A stretch of DNA of 63,972 bases, filler included, from Lama guanicoe (GCA_013239625.1; 96 parts of 96 records of this genome joined end to end with filler, not necessarily neighbours in it), one strand, 5' to 3'; shown: positions 52,185-63,972, counted from the whole stretch's first letter. Made by a program: numbers and translations. Notes: generated from the sequence alone by a model not told the origin.

Positions 52185-52930
52185 AGTGCCTTGTCTTTTA
52201 AGTTGACAAGGTAAATATGTAACAGGGCTCCCGAATGTGTCACATTTCTTCGGTGCCCCTCATTGCTGTGAAAGACTTCATGTCAGAGTGTAACACTGAC
52301 AAAACATCAATTACAGAAAACTAATTGAAACTCTTTCAAGAAATGATGAAGTGAAGATATTCTCCAAATAAGGGATTCAAGTAGGAAATACTCTTAAAAC
52401 TGATGATTTAGAGAATATTTTGAGAAGTTTTGTTCTGAGTTTTGGATTTTTAGACAATACAGAAACTTGTTTCAACTATATTTTCAGTTTTTATAGGTTT
52501 CGTACCCTTAAAAAATGGAGGGTCTTTTTAAAGGCTCATTACCTTTTTAGTGTTACATTCTCAAGTCTGTTCTAAAGTAGAAATAGCTGAATCAAGAGAA
52601 CTTATAATTTACCTATGATTTAACAAATAGCTGATAGGAAGACTCATTTTATCCTTGCCGGAGGATTTATTTCATCTATTTGTTTCTGTGTTTTTAATGG
52701 TTGATGTGTTTGGTCCTTTTTTTTTTATCCATAACTTTAGTTGTAAACTTAAGTATAAATCAAGCCCTTCCTCTAAAAGGAAAAACACCTGCACTACACT
52801 ACCTGCGTCTTCCCCTTCCTTTCATGTGTGNNNNNNNNNNNNNNNNNNNNNNNNNNNNNNNNNNNNNNNNNNNNTTAATTAATTAANNNNNNNNNNNNNN
52901 NNNNNNNNNNNNNNNNNNNNNNNNNNNNNN

Positions 52931-53360
52931 TAACACTCAGTCGATCAGTGCTGAACTAGGCATTTAGCTTAGCATAAACTAAGAGCTTTCAAAGGCATAA
53001 GGACGTGTAATGTACTAACTAATAAGGATTGCGAGTATCTATCCTACATCAACTGAATGTAAATCAAACATAATTAAGCTAAATCCTTACTAGATTGGTG
53101 GGCTAGTCAACCGGTTGCAATTTATTTCTCCTGCCATCAAGTTAAAAAAAAAAGAGCAGGAGAATCCCTGGTGGAACTGAAGCTACTTCCTTGAATTTGT
53201 AATTCAGTTTGTTGATTCACTACAGGGCTTGGCAAAAAGAGGGCATAAAGTCTGTCTTTAGATTGAGTCTCATGCTTGCTTGGCCATTTTACCTATGTTC
53301 ATAACCTGCGGATTATTTTCAACAAATCACAAATATACTGGCAATGTGTATTTATTTTTT
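52931..53360 (+). pseudogene. NUMT: ND2 end, tRNA-Trp/Ala/Asn(partial), OL, tRNA-Cys/Tyr, COX1 start
   Basis: Mitochondrial gene order is retained. OL hairpin at 53126-53164; gccattttacct-ATG at 53295 reads MF(I/M)TCGLFSTNHKYTGNVYLFF versus COX1 MFxxRWLFSTNHKDIGTLYLLF. Confidence 0.92.
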
Positions 53361-53434
53361 TGATTTTTAATTTATTTTTTATTGCAGTATAGTCAGTTAC
53401 AATGTGTCAATTTCCAGTGTACAGTACAAGGTCC
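53361..53434 (-). mobile_element. LINE-1 3' end abutting or interrupting the NUMT
   Basis: T-rich tail then attgcagtatagtcagttacaatgtgtcaatttccagtgtacag, the reverse complement of the L1 3' end seen at 42840. Confidence 0.7.
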
Positions 53435-54133
53435 NNNNNNNNNNNNNNNNNNNNNNNNNNNNNNNNNNNNNNNNNNNNTTAATTAATTAANNNNNNNNNN
53501 NNNNNNNNNNNNNNNNNNNNNNNNNNNNNNNNNNAATAAAAGCCATGCTTAATACAGTTCACATGTCCAACCTCCACTGTGCTGTAAACTCCTCATAATA
53601 AAAACCATCCCTTTTTTTCCCCTTATTTCTCAGAGATAGCTTGGTTTTTTTGAATAAATATATTCATTTCAGTGAAAAACTTTGATGGGTCATTTAAGTC
53701 TACCTAGCTGTGACTTTACACAGTGAAAGCCTTAAATATATGGAATATATGAAGGGCAAACAAAATTTAAAACAATATATGTTGAAACTATACACACATT
53801 TTTATACATGCGCATTTGTTATTCATAAGTTTGCACAGTGATTCTTTTTATTGCATGAAAAAATGGAAAGTTCATAGGAGACCAGATAATGTTTCCTCCT
53901 CAAGTCAGTATCAATATAATGTCTAGTTAAAATAATCAGTCCCCTTTGTAATGCCAATTAAAACTAGTCTGCTTTCTTCCTAACAGCCAGAATTACTCAA
54001 AAGGATATTCAAGTTGGGGGAGGATATAGTTCANNNNNNNNNNNNNNNNNNNNNNNNNNNNNNNNNNNNNNNNNNNNTTAATTAATTAANNNNNNNNNNN
54101 NNNNNNNNNNNNNNNNNNNNNNNNNNNNNNNNN

Positions 54134-54201
54134 CACCTCCTCCTCCTCCACCTCCTCCTCCTCCACCACCTCCTCCTTCTCCTTCTCCTCCACCTCCTCC
54201 A
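54134..54201. repeat. (CCT/CCA)n trinucleotide repeat
   Basis: Read directly. Confidence 0.9.
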
Positions 54202-54518
54202 CATTCCTTTTTAGGTAGAGAAAGTTAGTACTGTTCTTCCTGGTCCTAGAAACCAGGAAAGAAGTGACCGTACTTTGAGATTCCATCGAAAGACTGCTTC
54301 TGGCTCTTTTCATTAGAGGCTAAATGCTGCACCACTGGTAAATCTACTTCGAGCGTGATTTATCCAGTTAATTCTCCATAATTCAACTCTTGAATTCATT
54401 GCAGACTATCTGGAAGAATGGCAGCAATTACGTTCTTTGTTAACAGATGCCTATGAAGTACCTTTAATTAAATATTATTTTGGAAATTAGACAGAATCTT
54501 GAGGATTATAGTAATAAT

Positions 54519-54687
54519 CCTCCTCCACCTCCTCCACCACCTCGTCCTCCTCCACCTCCTCCTCCTCCTCCACAGCCTCCTCCACCTCATCCACCTTCTC
54601 CTCCTCCACCACATTCTCCTCCACCACCTCCTCCTCCTCCACCTCCTCCTCCACCTACTCCTCCTCCACCTCCTCCTCCTCCACCTC
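54519..54687. repeat. (CCT/CCA)n trinucleotide repeat
   Basis: Read directly; runs into the fragment end. Confidence 0.9.
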
Positions 54688-54787
54688 NNNNNNNNNNNNN
54701 NNNNNNNNNNNNNNNNNNNNNNNNNNNNNNNTTAATTAATTAANNNNNNNNNNNNNNNNNNNNNNNNNNNNNNNNNNNNNNNNNNNN

Positions 54788-55426
54788 ACCGCACCGCACC
54801 CGCCCCCTGGGAGCAGGCCACGGTCTGAGGGCAGGTTGCAGGTGCTCCGGGTCTGTAAGGCGCCCTCCCACCTCCCGAAGCTGCACCCGCTTTCCCAAAC
54901 ACGGCGGGGTTCAGGGACTACGAAAGGGTGGGGGGCAACACGAACCAGTGACTGGCCCTGGACCCACCTGAAGATCCTAAGGAGCCGCGCAGCCAGGGCC
55001 GCACCCACGCACCCCTCCCTGTGCGCCTCCCCAAAGCATGGCAGGCCTCACCGGTGGCTCCCCGACCTGCGCGCCCCCATCAGCGCCCCTTTACCTGCCC
55101 GGCGGCTGTGGAGACAAGGGGCACGTGGCGACCCGGACCCCAGGCCGTGTTTCTCCTCGGGGAGCTGGTCCAGGAGAATCCAGCTCTCGCCCGGCTTCCA
55201 CGCGCACTGGGCGGGTTGCGGCGTTCGCGAGTCTGTGAGTTCGCGCGTGCGTGCCCCTCTCCCTCCGCCCGGCAGCGCAGACCACCGGCCTTGGGCTCAA
55301 AGTGTAAGGGATGAAGATGGGCCGGGCCGTGGGGCGGGGGCAACCTCTTGCCCGCCCCGCCCCGTCTTCATCCCCACAGCCCTCACCCCACCACCGACCA
55401 ATCACCACCAGCCTGTGCCAGGCCAC
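54788..55426. promoter_or_regulatory. CpG-island promoter-like fragment
   Basis: Dense intact CpGs; GC boxes at 55265, 55331 and 55352; CCAAT at 55398. Confidence 0.65.
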
Positions 55427-56111
55427 NNNNNNNNNNNNNNNNNNNNNNNNNNNNNNNNNNNNNNNNNNNNTTAATTAATTAANNNNNNNNNNNNNNNNNN
55501 NNNNNNNNNNNNNNNNNNNNNNNNNNAAAAAACAGTCCTAGGTTAATTGCTGCCACTGTGTGATGGGAACTGTCTTGATTTCAAGTAGGATACCACGTAC
55601 AGACCAGTAGCTGCCATTGTCATCAGTACTCTGTACTGGCATCAATCTAGTTTCTCCAATATCAGTCTGACTTCTGCATCAGTCAGACATGTGAGTCAAA
55701 GGGACTGTGGTATGACTGTAACTCAAGTGCTTATAATCACAACCTCAAGACACTGATGATAACGTTTGTCTCCACAAGTCCCTCAGGATATATTATTGTC
55801 GTTGATTTGGTTCTGGCCTGTGAGTGTCTGAGTATTTCCATCAGCTTCCTCTTGCCTTTTCTATCATAACAGTGCCTAGTCTCATAGTCAGAAAAATGTG
55901 TGCGGATTCACAGATGGAGGCAAGTGCTGAAAAGCTGAGTCAATTCTTTCTATACATTCCCGTACCAGGTACTGATTTAAGATGGTTCAACTTAAGATTT
56001 TTTGACTTTACNNNNNNNNNNNNNNNNNNNNNNNNNNNNNNNNNNNNNNNNNNNNTTAATTAATTAANNNNNNNNNNNNNNNNNNNNNNNNNNNNNNNNN
56101 NNNNNNNNNNN

Positions 56112-56154
<43 letters not shown>

Positions 56155-56229
56155 TCGGTACTGGGGATCAAACCCAGGATGCTGTGCATGCTGAGCTTGT
56201 ACTCTGCCACTGAGCTATATACCCTCCCC
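56112..56229 (-). mobile_element. tRNA-Ala-derived SINE with (CTTT)n tail
   Basis: Same family as 52067-52184; the tail has expanded to (CTTT)11. Confidence 0.8.
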
Positions 56230-58561
56230 AACCTCTTCTAGTACTTTTAGATTTTCTTTTATACATATAAATCTTTGATCCAGTTGGAATTTGTTTCAGA
56301 ATGGAGCGGCTCTATTATCCCAAGCAGTAATTATTAAATGTTGAATCTTTCCATTTTAGAGAGAAAACAAAGGTAGCTCACTCTTAAGAGGAATAAAAAA
56401 TTAAAACGCTAACATTTATTTTACTGGAATCAGTTCAAGAGCATAAAAAAAAGAAAGCTAAAAAATAGATATAATTTTGGAGAAATTGCCTTTTCTCACT
56501 TTGGATTCTGGAGAATGCGAGTGACGTGCGCCCACCCCCTAGGCATGGAGAACAGAAAACCCCCTTCTGCAGTGTCATTCCTCAGCTGATGGGAACACCC
56601 CAGCCTCAGGCAGCAGGATGGAGTATTACAGGCATTAGCATTACTCCTACAGACTAACAGTGGGAGAATGATGTGGGGCAGGGATGGATGTCCTCAGCTT
56701 CCTTCTGGCTTCTCAGCTTCACAAAGAACAACACACTTTGAGGCCTGCAAAGCCTGTCACTGTAAAGCATGTAGCTGGTGGTAAGAAGACAGAGCAAGCC
56801 TGGTCCCCAGCCAGACTTCCCAGGGACCACAGGCCTGGCTGCGCCCCCACCTAACCTGAACAAGTACAAAATATTCAAGCTTCACCCCATTTCAGATGCA
56901 CCCTGGGGCAAATAGCCCATTGCCTCCTCCGGGCTTTCTGTGCAGGCTGTGAAGAAAGATTTTTCTATCTTANNNNNNNNNNNNNNNNNNNNNNNNNNNN
57001 NNNNNNNNNNNNNNNNTTAATTAATTAANNNNNNNNNNNNNNNNNNNNNNNNNNNNNNNNNNNNNNNNNNNNGGTTGCACCCTGGTTGAAGTTTAGGAAA
57101 ACGACCTTCATTTGCAGATATTTTGTGATATGTATTTGAAAAGTAGAAGGCTCCAACATCAGTCCGTAATAATTGCCCTGTATGGGAGATAAGATACTCT
57201 ACTGAGAAATAGAAGTTGTAGTTCAAATGGAGTTCACAACACGGCCATTTGTTTCATTGTAACTGCTTTGAGAATGCCAGTGGAGAGTGGTCAACTTATT
57301 TAGAATAGCTCGTTTACCCACTGCAATTTGTTCTGGTGGTCTGACATTGATGATGGAGGAGAAANNNNNNNNNNNNNNNNNNNNNNNNNNNNNNNNNNNN
57401 NNNNNNNNTTAATTAATTAANNNNNNNNNNNNNNNNNNNNNNNNNNNNNNNNNNNNNNNNNNNNGAGAAAGGGACACTAGGCCCTAGGCCACTGCCAAGG
57501 AGGCTTCTGTGGATTTAACATAGGCTCATGGCCCTGGGATGCTCAGGACAGTGTGTCCCCACTCCGGGTGCGTTGGATGCTGGGTGGGGGAAGGGAAGGA
57601 CAATATTGTTACCAAAGTCCCTTGAGAGCTAGGACCACAAGGAAGGGTTGGACTTCAAGAGGCTGCAGTTCTGCCACAGCCAGAAACACAGCCTAAAGCA
57701 AGAGAGAAGCAAGGAAGAAATGCTTCGATTTCTTTCCCACTCCATCTTCTACCAGTGCCTNNNNNNNNNNNNNNNNNNNNNNNNNNNNNNNNNNNNNNNN
57801 NNNNTTAATTAATTAANNNNNNNNNNNNNNNNNNNNNNNNNNNNNNNNNNNNNNNNNNNNGATGGAGATTTAGGTTGATTAACATGAGCCCCCTGATGAG
57901 AAGTTTCTCCTAATACAGAAACAGCAAGCCAAGATTCTGAGCTCTGGGCTAAAACAATGGCATTTGGCATCACAAAGCCCAGCGCTAATGAGAAAGCAGA
58001 ATCCAGCTCAGAGAGCACAGGGTTAGAGATTGAGTCCATCTCCCAAGACTGCCTGTGATGAGTGGCTCCCTCTCCAGAATTTGGTTTTACCTTTTCTGAG
58101 GTGGCAAAGTGAAGCTCTAATAAGATGAGAGCGAAAAGTGTAACAATGACACCATCAGCTGGGATACAGCATTTTAAATGGAAACATTTTTATAACTGTG
58201 CTGTGATTATACGATGTGAGCATTCGGGGAAGCTGAATGAAGGGTGTATGGGGTGCCTTTTCCATTTATGCAGCTTTTTGTACATCTGAAATTATTTCAA
58301 AGTAAAAGATTAAAAAACAGTGTTAGACGGTACNNNNNNNNNNNNNNNNNNNNNNNNNNNNNNNNNNNNNNNNNNNNTTAATTAATTAANNNNNNNNNNN
58401 NNNNNNNNNNNNNNNNNNNNNNNNNNNNNNNNNGATGCCTGAGTCTTTTACCCAAGGTGAGGCTGGTGCCCAAACAGTCCCCCACTAGAACCCAGCATTT
58501 TCATTTAATAAAGGCAGACCCTAAGCTTCATGGAGAGTCTAGGGAACTTGGTATTCATCTT

Positions 58562-59044
58562 TTTTTTTCTAAGTATTTTACATTTTTATTGATTCATAAT
58601 CATTTTACAGTGTTGTGTCAAATTCCAGTGTTCAGTACAATTTTTCAGTCATACATGGACATATACACACTCATTGTCACATTTTTTCCTCTGTGATTTA
58701 TCATAACATTTTGTGTATATTTCCCTGTGCTATACAGTGTAATCTTGTTTATCTGTTCTACAATTTTGAAATCCCAGTCTATCCCTTCCCACCCTCTACC
58801 CCGCCCCCCCCCGGTAACCACAAGTCTGTATTCTCTGTCCATGAGTCTATTTCTGTCCTGTATTTATGCTTTGTTTTTGTTTGTTTGTTTGTTTTTGTTT
58901 TTTAGATTCCACATATGAGCGATCTCATATGGTATTTTTCTTTCTCTTTCTGGCTTACTTCACTTAGAATGACATTCTCTAGGAGCATCCATGTTGCTGC
59001 AAATGGCATTATGTTGTCGGTTTTTATGGCTGAGTAGTATTCCA
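58562..59044 (-). mobile_element. 5'-truncated young LINE-1 with 13-bp TSD
   Basis: Poly-T, L1 3' UTR and ORF2 end; tggtattcatctt at 58549-58561 and 59045-59057. Confidence 0.9.
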
Positions 59045-59271
59045 TGGTATTCATCTTAGTGGGAATTTATTTTTCATTTACACATTAGTAAGCCAGTGGA
59101 ATTTTCTCTTTTTTCACATAAAATTTAATGCTCTTTATTATAAAATTAATATCTTTTCATAGGAGATGTGGNNNNNNNNNNNNNNNNNNNNNNNNNNNNN
59201 NNNNNNNNNNNNNNNTTAATTAATTAANNNNNNNNNNNNNNNNNNNNNNNNNNNNNNNNNNNNNNNNNNNN

Positions 59272-59723
59272 AAATAAATAACAGGGCAGAATACTTAAGA
59301 ATGATGGGACAATAACAAAATGTATAATATATACATAGTAGGAATATCACAAAAGAGAGAAAGAGCAGAAGAAATATTTAAATCAACAATGTCTGAGAAC
59401 TTTCTGAATTTAGTAACTTATACAACATCACAGATCCAGGAAACTCAGGGCACATCAAACAGGATAAATATAAAAAGTCTACATTTAGGCATGTTACATT
59501 CAAAGAGTAGAAAACCAAAGACAAAATCTTGGGAAAAAAAGCCTGAGGGGAGAAAAATATCACCTTATCAGTAGAGTAACAAGAATCACAATAAGAATTA
59601 CACAAAATTTCTCATCGGAAATTATGCAAACAAGAAAAGAGTAGAGTAAAATAAAGCATTAAAAGAAAAAAAAACCCACCAACTTTGAATTCTATGTTCA
59701 GCGAAATAATCTTTTAAAAACAA
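59272..59723 (+). mobile_element. LINE-1 ORF1 fragment, degenerate
   Basis: Translation NIYIVGI..AEEIFK..MSENFLNL..QIQETQ.T..RIN resembles L1 ORF1p. Confidence 0.75.
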
Positions 59724-60389
59724 NNNNNNNNNNNNNNNNNNNNNNNNNNNNNNNNNNNNNNNNNNNNTTAATTAATTAANNNNNNNNNNNNNNNNNNNNN
59801 NNNNNNNNNNNNNNNNNNNNNNNAATAATCTGAATACAGGCATTATTTTAAAAATAGGCTAATGCAGTATTTTAAAGATGCTATGGAATCAAACCCATAC
59901 ATTTATGTTGTTGGGTTTCTAAAGGAAAGCATAGAGAAGATGCCACACACAAAAGGGAGCAAGGAACAAAACATCTGAGAGTACATTTTGTTATGATGAG
60001 AGAGTGAAATTGCTCTACACAGAGAGGTGATGACTGAAAGAATCTGTCTTAACAATGGATGATTTGGACATATGAAGAAATTATTATATTCATCAATATT
60101 TACTGGTGAGGGCTGAAAAAGATGACGTTTGGAGAATGATTTTAGGAAAGAAAAGGAATTGATGTACTTTAAACTTGGAAATATGTGATACAGTAGAAAT
60201 GTGAGAAAAACTGTGTTAAGAAGTAAAAACATCTTTCTATGTAACTAGGTACGCTTCANNNNNNNNNNNNNNNNNNNNNNNNNNNNNNNNNNNNNNNNNN
60301 NNTTAATTAATTAANNNNNNNNNNNNNNNNNNNNNNNNNNNNNNNNNNNNNNNNNNNNTCTGCCCAGGCCCATTCTCCTCTGAGGGGCA

Positions 60390-60848
60390 CGACAGAACTA
60401 AGCAGTCCTAAGAGGGAAGTTCACTGAGATACAGCCGTCCTCCAAAAAAAAGAACAATCTCAAGTAAAGAAGCTAACCTATCACCTCAAGGTATTAGGAA
60501 AAGATCACAACCTAAAGTCAGCAAAGAGAAGGAAACAATAAAGACCAGGGAGGAAACAAATAAAAGAGAGAGAAAAAAACAGGAAACGAATCAAGCAAAC
60601 CAAGAGCTGACGTTGTGAAAGGGTAAACAAAATTGAGAAACTTCTGGCCAGGTTCACCAAGAAGAAAAGAGAACACAAGTACACAAAATAAGAGAAAGGA
60701 AAGTGGAGAAATTACAACCAATACTACAGAGATACAAACAAACAAACAAAAACAGAGAGAGAGAGAATACTATCAACAACTATATGGATGCAAACTGGAT
60801 AGCCACGAGGAAATGGACAAGTTTTCTGGAAACATACGGTTCACTAAG
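60390..60848 (+). mobile_element. LINE-1 ORF2 fragment
   Basis: Translation ESGEITTNTTEIQ..REYYQQLY..KLDSHEEMDKF. Confidence 0.85.
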
Positions 60849-61027
60849 NNNNNNNNNNNNNNNNNNNNNNNNNNNNNNNNNNNNNNNNNNNNTTAATTAA
60901 TTAANNNNNNNNNNNNNNNNNNNNNNNNNNNNNNNNNNNNNNNNNNNNTTCCTCCATGTCCCCATGCCACTGTGGAAAGCCCAACAAATCTGCATTGCGT
61001 CTAGTCTGCTTCTGTAAGCTCTTTCTT

Positions 61028-61140
61028 GGGGGGTGGGGTGTGTTAGGTTTATTTATTTTAATGGAGGGACTGGGATTGAGCCCAGGACCCCATGCATGCT
61101 AAGCATGCACTCTGCAACTGAGCTATACCCTTCCCCCTCC
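61028..61140 (-). mobile_element. tRNA-Ala-derived SINE
   Basis: gagcccaggaccccatgcatgctaagcatgcactctgcaactgagctatacc; partial TSD taagctct. Confidence 0.8.
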
Positions 61141-62248
61141 ATAAGCTCTATTGTGCACTAGAAATTTGTTAGTAGCTAAAGAAGGGGACTCTCAAGTACT
61201 GGGAAGACAATCCTTGTTTTAATTTAAATTCTACAGTTCAGCAGTAGCCACTTTAATGAGGGTCTGAAACCAGCTGGATACATCACTGTAGATCCTGGTC
61301 ATCATAAATACATTCTCTCTGAGGGTAATACAAACAGAAGACAACCAACAAGACGAGATTCACAGTAGATCAGGGAATTGCAAACTAAAAAGTTACAAAG
61401 TTAAAATTCAACTCTTAGAAACTCCCTGAATCAGAAGAGACTTATTTGCAATTTTAGGAGCAAATGACTTCCATATATATCAAAATTCATCTTCTATGAC
61501 AAGTGTTCTCTTTAATTTCTAACATGCTCTCACATGGACAAGCTCTGTTCACTCCAAACAACATTTTTTGTTCCCCTTTGATTGCTACTTCACCTTTATA
61601 TTTTGCTTCTATTAAAAAGTTCCTCNNNNNNNNNNNNNNNNNNNNNNNNNNNNNNNNNNNNNNNNNNNNTTAATTAATTAANNNNNNNNNNNNNNNNNNN
61701 NNNNNNNNNNNNNNNNNNNNNNNNNCGAGGAGACATAAGTGTGGACCAAGGGCTCACACTGAAGACCCACATTCAACAAATAGACAAAGTCTACGATACT
61801 CAGCATGTAAGAACTCATGCTTTCTGAAGGCACCATCGAAGGTGATAGGGCTGAGGGAAGAAGACCACTGCGCCCGTGGGCAACAGTTTGAAATCTAAAT
61901 AACACAAAACACTTGTCTAAAAACACATGTCTACAGAAGAGGCTAATAGAAAGGAAAGGGAAACAAAAACAACACATTCCCTAGAGAGATATCGAACGGT
62001 ATGAACACTCACTTTACCTGAGCCTCCACATCGGAATCAGGTGCCAGGAAGGGGCCAGGCCGAAGTTGGGACGCTTCAGGTCCTGCATGGGCTGAAAAAC
62101 ACAAAAGGGATGGAGGATTAGGCTCGCCTGCGAAGACTTTGCTGAAGCNNNNNNNNNNNNNNNNNNNNNNNNNNNNNNNNNNNNNNNNNNNNTTAATTAA
62201 TTAANNNNNNNNNNNNNNNNNNNNNNNNNNNNNNNNNNNNNNNNNNNN

Positions 62249-62861
62249 TGCAATGAACTTAGGGGTGCATATATCTTTTCAAATTAGGGTTTTTGTATTC
62301 TCCAGATAAGCACTCAGGAATGGAACTGCTGGAATGTACGGTAGTTCTATTTTGTGGGGTAGGAGGAGTTTCCACACTGTTTTCCATAGCGACTGTGCCA
62401 ATTTACATTCCCATTAACAGTGTACAAGAGTCCCTTTTATTCCCACATCCTGGTCAACGTTTGTTATTTGTTGTCTTTTTGGTAACAGCCATTCTGACAG
62501 TTATGAGATAATAGATCATTATGGCTTTGATTTGCATTTCCCTAATAATTAGTGATGTTGAACATCTTTTCAAGTGCCCGTTGCCATCTGTGTGTCTTCT
62601 TTGGAAAAATGACTATTTTTCAGGTCTTCTGCCCATTTTCAATTGGGTTGTTTCAGGTTTTTCTGACACTGAGTTGTATGAGTTCTTTGTACATTTTGGA
62701 TATTAACACTCTTGTTAGGTACCTCATTTGCAAGTATTTTCTTCCTTTCAGTGGGCAGCCTTTTTCTGTGTGTGTGGGAACAGTTTCCTTTCCCTGTACA
62801 AAAGCTTTTTAGTTTGATGTAGCCCTCGTGTGTTAATTTTTGCCTATGTTGCTTTTGGCTG
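62249..62861 (-). mobile_element. LINE-1 ORF2 3' region
   Basis: ccacactgttttccatag, ttgatttgcatttccctaataattagtgatgttga and aagctttttagtttgatgtag. Confidence 0.88.
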
Positions 62862-63059
62862 NNNNNNNNNNNNNNNNNNNNNNNNNNNNNNNNNNNNNNN
62901 NNNNNTTAATTAATTAANNNNNNNNNNNNNNNNNNNNNNNNNNNNNNNNNNNNNNNNNNNNCAGCCTTACTCACAAGGCTTCACAAGACCCAAAGTAATG
63001 CACACATGAATGGATTTTTTCTAGTGTATCATAGAAAGGAACACTATTTAGACCTCTAA

Positions 63060-63365
63060 AGCAAAGAAGCACCAATTTATGCTCCAAGATGAATGAACCT
63101 TGAGGATATTATGCTTAGTGAAAGGAGTCTGATACAGAAGGGTGCATACTCTGTGATTCCAGTTACAGTAAATATCCAGATTAAATAAACCCACGGAGAC
63201 AGGAAGTAGATTAGGGTTTCCAGAGACTCGGGGAGAAAGGAGAAGTATGGAAGGATTTTCTTTCGGGAGTGAGAAAATGGCTCTGGAATCAGATCGTGGT
63301 AGTTGTTGCACAGCTCTATCAATGTACAGAACAGCAGAGACTTGCACATTTTTAAGTGGTGAACC
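63060..63365 (+). mobile_element. Old LINE-1 3' end (L1M-type)
   Basis: gatgaaccttgaggatattatgcttagtgaaa-like segment and gtggtagttgttgcaca. Confidence 0.7.
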
Positions 63366-63801
63366 TTACAGTACAGACGTCACTGGGGACCTATGGGGGA
63401 CTGGATCAAGGACACCCCAGGATTCCCAAGTNNNNNNNNNNNNNNNNNNNNNNNNNNNNNNNNNNNNNNNNNNNNTTAATTAATTAANNNNNNNNNNNNN
63501 NNNNNNNNNNNNNNNNNNNNNNNNNNNNNNNTTACCAAAACCTAGAAATTAGTGTTGAAACAATACTAGTCTATAGACCTAATTCAGATTTCTCTAGTCA
63601 TTCCACAAATGTCCTGTTTCTCCTTAGTTTCCTCTCATCTGTGACATTTCTTCAGTTTTGTCTTTATGAAATTTTCACATTTGAAGAATACTAAAGATAT
63701 ATTTTGTTGAATGTGCCTCAATTTTCATTTGTCTGAGGTTTCCTCATGGTGAATACCATGCTGGGCATTTTTGGCAGTAATACTCGTCAGCTGAGGGAGG
63801 C

Positions 63802-63972
63802 TGATGTGGGGTTCTAGGAGGTAAGTGGCCCAAACAAAATAATGCTTGAGGAGTTGCCATACAGCTGGACAGACTTCAGCCGGAGACACCATGGGGTTAA
63901 CAAGACTTTATTGCAACAGGGAAGTGCGCGCCTATGATGCACCTGTCCTGCTTTTATCTGTTTTCTGTCAGC
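63802..63972 (-). mobile_element. Probable ERV LTR (U5/R end)
   Basis: Begins TG; minus-strand AATAAA at 63907-63912 with a TATA-like ATAAAAG about 40 nt upstream (63951-63957). Confidence 0.4.

Noticed and set aside
54480..54743. Poly-proline (formin/extensin-like) and poly-Glu ORFs
   Set aside because: Translations of a (CCT/CCA)n repeat; TTG start, a stop just upstream and no domain.
977..63487. Regularly recurring TTAATTAATTAA with unique intervening sequence as a CRISPR-like or piggyBac (TTAA) array
   Set aside because: Always centred in 88 Ns with fixed geometry; it is a bioinformatic six-frame-stop linker.

Overview
This window is not contiguous DNA. It is about 96 short assembly fragments (roughly 236-994 bp each) joined by 95 identical artificial 100-bp spacers (N44-TTAATTAATTAA-N44), so no gene order or linkage can be inferred across spacers. 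The DNA is mammalian and most likely camelid (alpaca/llama/camel type), inferred from tRNA-Ala-derived SINEs and L1 3' ends I associate with camelids. Most fragments are interspersed repeats (L1, L2, MIR, ERVL/MLT, MER58, MER44). Also present are three satellite families (249 bp, about 268 bp and 7-bp-based), two olfactory receptor pseudogenes (OR4C6-like, OR8K3-like), an old NUMT (tRNA W-A-N-C-Y cluster, OL, COX1 start), an intact but diverged ARHGAP20-like PH-domain exon, and a dead unprocessed copy of ARHGAP17 exon 1. I found no multi-gene novel system, and the fragment structure could not show one. The best leads are the two RhoGAP duplicates, local AT-to-GC substitution clusters and the satellite architecture. 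Family and gene names come from recalled sequences, not from a database search.
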